Source: a virus
Taxonomy: Duplodnaviria; Caudoviricetes
Reading direction: 5' to 3' (one strand)
Virus record (IMG/VR): IMGVR_UViG_3300049228_000125
Span: 1 to 47,603 of that record
Length of the DNA: 47,603 nt
The translations under genes were made by a program, and so were the position numbers. The notes beneath the pieces were generated by a model. The model had not been told where the DNA came from. It saw only the letters and a list, made by a program, of their open reading frames with translations, and made no database searches. How positions within the stretch are numbered: the stretch's first letter is position 1; every line of letters begins with the position of its first letter. Shown here one piece after another: positions 43,940 to 47,603 of the stretch.

Positions 43940-45292
43940 CTAGTAGAACTCTTTAATATAGAGCGCACCTGCCGCAGCATTTCCGCCTGCATTACCTCCT
44001 GCCGCCCCTCCAGCACCTCCAGTTCCTATTGAATAGGACTGACTTGCTCCCACTTGAGCAGCGGTCATAATGAACCTAACATACTCTCCCTCACCTCCAC
44101 CTGAGCCATTTCCCCCTCCACCACCTCCACCGGTGTTGGCCTTCCCCGCCAGCCCAGCTGCGTTTTGGAGTGAAGCTCCACCTCCCGGGCCGCCACCTGG
44201 ACCACCTCCAATAGTGCCCGATCCGCTTGTGGCGAAGATAACAGAGCCCCCGCCATTCTGCCCATCTCGACGTTCTATAAGCGTGCCGGTTCCATTAACA
44301 CCTCCGGTACCTCCCGCACCTCCGGCGCTACTCCCACCCGTTAAACCCCCGTTCCCGTGAATGGCTGTCCAAGAGCCAAAGCTACTATCTGCCCCATTAG
44401 CTCCATTGTTTGTAGTGGTTGCTCCACCGCCTCCGCCTCCAGCTTTTAACTCGCCCTCGATATAACGTAGATTGACTGGAGCTGTATAAGTGCCAGACCC
44501 ACTTAGAAACCTCTGCACGGTTGGAAATATACCGGTGTTGCGGTACACCGCGATAACTTGCCAGACACCGCTCCCGTTATACCGCATCAACACGTGGTCG
44601 TTATTGGCCAGGGTGACGCTACGAGCGTCGGGGAGGTTTAAGTTGGAGCTCTGGGTTAGTACAATAGCCGCTGCCGCTCGCACGAGGTAGACAGGGAAGG
44701 CGGTGTTTGCAGAGCTTCCAAACGATGTGACCGTTCCCGCCCCGGTCATATTAACGTAATGACTTGAAGCGGTTCCTAAGTCAACCGTTGATGCGGTTGC
44801 AATGTCGATAACCGTCCCGAAGCCAGGAGTCAGGTTGTTGTCGTAAAGAGGCTTCCCGCTTGTAGGGAAGTACGCAAGAACGACGTTATTCACCGTTCCT
44901 GTACATTGAACGAGGGCGTGATCTCCCGCAACGGTAGTGATATTTGCCGCACCGGGGAGGTTAAGGGTAGAGGCGTTATGCGTAAGTTGTCTTGCGGCGT
45001 TGAAGCGGACGATTTTCCACTGCCCATCAACCCCAGAGGCAAAGCCTGTGATCGTCGTCGTGCCGAGGAGATTTGCGTAGTTGCTCGCCGCTGCCCAGAG
45101 GGCGGGAGTTGCAGCATCAGCAACGTCAATTCGAGCTTTTTCTAGATACATCGCGCGAGTGAGCGCAGGGAAGGTTGATTGGAGGACAGCTTTGACCAAC
45201 CGGAGATGGTCATCGGCTTGTTTAAGCTGGTCACTTCCTGGAGGGTTGGCGGAATTCAAATCGTTGAGGAACGTTGCGGTTTCGAGGCCCAT
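43940..45292 (-). CDS. Tail fibre with duplicated internal domain and glycine-rich C-terminal domain
   Basis: N-terminal DDHLRLVKAVLQSTFP attachment-type motif; two ~90-aa repeats; GGGGGG-rich tip. Confidence 0.75.
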   Translation of the reverse strand: MGLETATFLNDLNSANPPGSDQLKQADDHLRLVKAVLQSTFPALTRAMYLEKARIDVADAATPALWAAASNYANLLGTTTITGFASGVDGQWKIVRFNAARQLTHNASTLNLPGAANITTVAGDHALVQCTGTVNNVVLAYFPTSGKPLYDNNLTPGFGTVIDIATASTVDLGTASSHYVNMTGAGTVTSFGSSANTAFPVYLVRAAAAIVLTQSSNLNLPDARSVTLANNDHVLMRYNGSGVWQVIAVYRNTGIFPTVQRFLSGSGTYTAPVNLRYIEGELKAGGGGGGATTTNNGANGADSSFGSWTAIHGNGGLTGGSSAGGAGGTGGVNGTGTLIERRDGQNGGGSVIFATSGSGTIGGGPGGGPGGGASLQNAAGLAGKANTGGGGGGGNGSGGGEGEYVRFIMTAAQVGASQSYSIGTGGAGGAAGGNAGGNAAAGALYIKEFY

Positions 45293-45957
45293 TAGAGTGT
45301 TTCTCCCATTGCCATTCTCCGGTTTGCTAACTGTCTAGCAAGGGTATGATCGGTTATAGATTGCAGAGCAGAACCCTTTTTCTGCTGAAAGTACTGCATA
45401 GCTGTGGCGTCTCGAATTGCATGGGCATAGTTCTCCCCGGCCATACCGATTAGGACCCATGGGGCGTATTTCAGCCAGCGATTCTCATCAGTGACCAACG
45501 TCATCACCGTTTGCTTTTGATAGTAGATCATTTTGTAGGAATAGGAGGTATCGGGAGTTGGGAAAATTCGGAAGTAATCGCCGGTGAGAGCATAGGAGAA
45601 CTTGAAGCTCGCAATAGCGGAGGTGATTTCGGCGGAGGTCATTGAGGAGGTAACCTGCCGAAGGTCGTCCGCGTCGTATTTGCAGAGGAGTTTCTCCCCG
45701 CCGGAGGGAAGCTGAAGCCAGAGGGCGTCCTCTTCATGCTCGCAGATGAAGTCGGAAGGGAGAAGGAGGCGCTCCTCGTTTGCAGGGGAGGTTACGGAAG
45801 CCCGCTCCGTAAGAAGAAACCAGGGGAGGGGCTCGACCGGATAGGTCGTTTCAATCTGCTCCTGCGCGTCCTGGATGATTTCGATAATCGTCGCATCGCC
45901 CTCTTGGCGAAACCCGCACTGACGCTTGATGATATTCACAGCTCGTTGGAGGTTCAT
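45292..45957 (-). CDS. Head-tail adaptor (tail tubular A-like)
   Basis: 221 aa; LPSDF, IFPTPD..Y...Y, NRWLKYAP motifs. Confidence 0.7.
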   Translation of the reverse strand: MNLQRAVNIIKRQCGFRQEGDATIIEIIQDAQEQIETTYPVEPLPWFLLTERASVTSPANEERLLLPSDFICEHEEDALWLQLPSGGEKLLCKYDADDLRQVTSSMTSAEITSAIASFKFSYALTGDYFRIFPTPDTSYSYKMIYYQKQTVMTLVTDENRWLKYAPWVLIGMAGENYAHAIRDATAMQYFQQKKGSALQSITDHTLARQLANRRMAMGETL

Positions 45958-47357
45958 AGCTCGGGCTCCTCAACCCAGGGGTTCGTTATGGGAGTCTCCT
46001 CTGACCAGGAGGCGGAAACAGAGTCCGCCTCTACCCAGGTGTTTAAAATCTCCGGGGCTTCGACCCACATGCCACTACCTCCACCCTCCTCAACCCATAC
46101 CCAGACGGGGCGATAGGTGAAGGTGATATCCTGCCCGGAAGAGGAGAAAGCGCCGAAGTCGCTCTGACCCCGGATCGGGACGAAAAGGTCGGCATTCTGT
46201 CCCGTATAGGTGAAGCTCGTAAAGTCGGCGGGAAGGACATGTTGAGGCTGTGTAAATGCAGCGTCAATTCCTGTGAGGGTAAAGGTGCCCTGCCCTGCGG
46301 CGATACCTAACGGGCCAATGAGGGCTGCGGCTTGACCGGAATAAGTGAAGGCTCCTTGAACGGCGGAGATGAGGCCGTTATGGAGGAGTTCCGCATTCTG
46401 TCCGGTGTAGGTAAACGCTCCCTGGCCCGCAATAAGGGTCTCAGAATGGAGGAGGTTTGCAACTTGCCCCGAGTAGGTGAAAGAGCCCAGACCCGCCAAC
46501 TGCGCATATTGAAGCGTAGCGGCCCGACCTGTTAAGGTAAAAAACTCCGCCTCCGCAATTATGCTGTGGAAGCTCTGTGCAAAGAGGGTAAATACAGCGA
46601 CGCCGCTGAGGCTATCCGAGCTACCCGAGCCGCTCGAAGTCTCCGTTATATGGAAAGAGTTTAATAACTCATCGCGTATGAGCCAGTTAATCGAAGCGGA
46701 AGAGTTATAATTGAGGTCGCCTATACCTCTATTTCTAACGTCTATATTCTCCGCGACCTTACCGGGTTTGCTGGCGCCCAGGTCTTGCGTCCAGTCCATA
46801 ACAGAGGAACCAAACTCCCATCCCGGACCGTTAACAACACCAACAAGGGCACCATATTGCTGGAGCTCAAATTGAGTGAAAGTTCCGCTACTGCTGAAGC
46901 TATATTGAACATTATCGAGATCTGGGTCGAGCCCTAGGACGTTAAAGACGTAGAATCTACCGGCTCCTGTATCCCCTCGATAGACCCTAAAGGAGAGGAG
47001 AGCGGACGTCCCGGTTGCAATAGGCACGATAAAGGAGTCTAGCCACGCGTTATTGCCCGAGTCCGTCATGGGATTACCATCGAGCGTAACGTTGTCGATC
47101 ATCCCGCTACTAAAGCCGCTGTCCGTGGTGCTAACCCATACCACGAGAATATGTCGATCGGAGCGAACCTCGCCAAGCTGGACCGTCAGGTTGTACGTTT
47201 GCGGGTTGGCGGAGATGGTGTAAGGGGTAGAGTCAACAAGATGAACCTCTACACCGGGGAGGCCCAGACGTGTCCCGGTGTAGAGGAAGCTTCCTTGATC
47301 GGAAGTCCCTGGCGTGCCGGCCCAGTTCCAGAAATCTGACCAAAGGGCTAATAGCAC
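45954..47357 (-). CDS. Repeat-containing fibre/whisker-like virion protein
   Basis: AGGAGG RBS then GTG at 47357; seven G.FT(Y/L)(T/S)GQ.A.L repeats and C-terminal W.E repeats at 10-aa spacing. Confidence 0.7.
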   Translation of the reverse strand: MLLALWSDFWNWAGTPGTSDQGSFLYTGTRLGLPGVEVHLVDSTPYTISANPQTYNLTVQLGEVRSDRHILVVWVSTTDSGFSSGMIDNVTLDGNPMTDSGNNAWLDSFIVPIATGTSALLSFRVYRGDTGAGRFYVFNVLGLDPDLDNVQYSFSSSGTFTQFELQQYGALVGVVNGPGWEFGSSVMDWTQDLGASKPGKVAENIDVRNRGIGDLNYNSSASINWLIRDELLNSFHITETSSGSGSSDSLSGVAVFTLFAQSFHSIIAEAEFFTLTGRAATLQYAQLAGLGSFTYSGQVANLLHSETLIAGQGAFTYTGQNAELLHNGLISAVQGAFTYSGQAAALIGPLGIAAGQGTFTLTGIDAAFTQPQHVLPADFTSFTYTGQNADLFVPIRGQSDFGAFSSSGQDITFTYRPVWVWVEEGGGSGMWVEAPEILNTWVEADSVSASWSEETPITNPWVEEPEL

Positions 47358-47371
47358 GATGGAGGCCTCCT

Positions 47372-47603
47372 TTAGAGTTGAATACCGACCCGGTACCACA
47401 TGTCGAGATCGACTTGGTCAGTTGAGTCGGTAAGAGATACGCTGACTCGGAATTTGTAGTAGTCTCGCATGATGAAGCTAACGACCGGCTTGGATGAGTC
47501 TATGTCGAGCAAGGCAATAGGTAAGTCGTCCCATTGTTCGCTCGAAGCATCGAGGGTTGAATAGAGTTTAACGTGCAGATGTCCAGGAGGGTTTCCATGG
47601 AAG
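47372..47603 (-). CDS. Hypothetical virion-region protein, 3' part of the junction-spanning gene
   Basis: In frame with 1..246 after circularisation; TAA at 47372-47374 is followed directly by the AGGAGG RBS of the next gene. Confidence 0.75.
   Translation of the reverse strand, partial: FHGNPPGHLHVKLYSTLDASSEQWDDLPIALLDIDSSKPVVSFIMRDYYKFRVSVSLTDSTDQVDLDMWYRVGIQL
47477..47603. repeat. Terminal direct repeat copy 2 (circular assembly overlap)
   Basis: Identical to 1-127. Confidence 0.95.

Noticed and set aside
47477-47603. 127-bp terminal repeat as a biological direct terminal repeat
   Set aside because: The length equals a common assembler k-mer and it falls in the middle of a gene, so it shows circularity rather than real genome ends.

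Overview
A complete, circularly assembled dsDNA tailed-phage genome of about 47,476 bp. Bases 1-127 are repeated exactly at 47477-47603, which looks like an assembly k-mer overlap, and one gene runs across the join. The architecture is podovirus-like. The minus-strand late arm starts near 13.35 kb and wraps through the contig ends down to 32.2 kb. It carries a probable TerS, a nuclease, the amidase/holin/spanin lysis genes, TerL, portal, scaffold, an SU10/DUF5309-like major capsid protein, tail and fibre genes, ejection proteins and a 2125-aa PLxRFG-type polyvalent protein. The plus-strand early/replication arm runs 14.1-32.2 kb. It carries many small ORFs, an RHH protein, a DEDDh exonuclease, a PD-(D/E)XK exonuclease, an AAA/Sak4-like ATPase, a probable SSB, a ParB-methyltransferase fusion, a UDG-exonuclease-PolA, an HD hydrolase and a DUF3987-like helicase. 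I recognise no integrase, repressor, primase, RNA polymerase or tRNA, so the phage is probably lytic. A DUF3008 gene and the RBS style hint at an alphaproteobacterial host. Most notable: (i) a family A DNA polymerase cleanly split inside its polymerase domain by a translationally coupled HD-nucleotidase gene, with unusual nucleotide-binding motifs; (ii) a ~280-nt multi-stem non-coding element directly upstream of a 24-aa hydrophobic peptide; (iii) two families of dispersed intergenic motifs, the AGTGTGCTTT palindromes and the TCGTA(G/A)GGT triplets. All family names come from motif recognition by eye, not from database searches.
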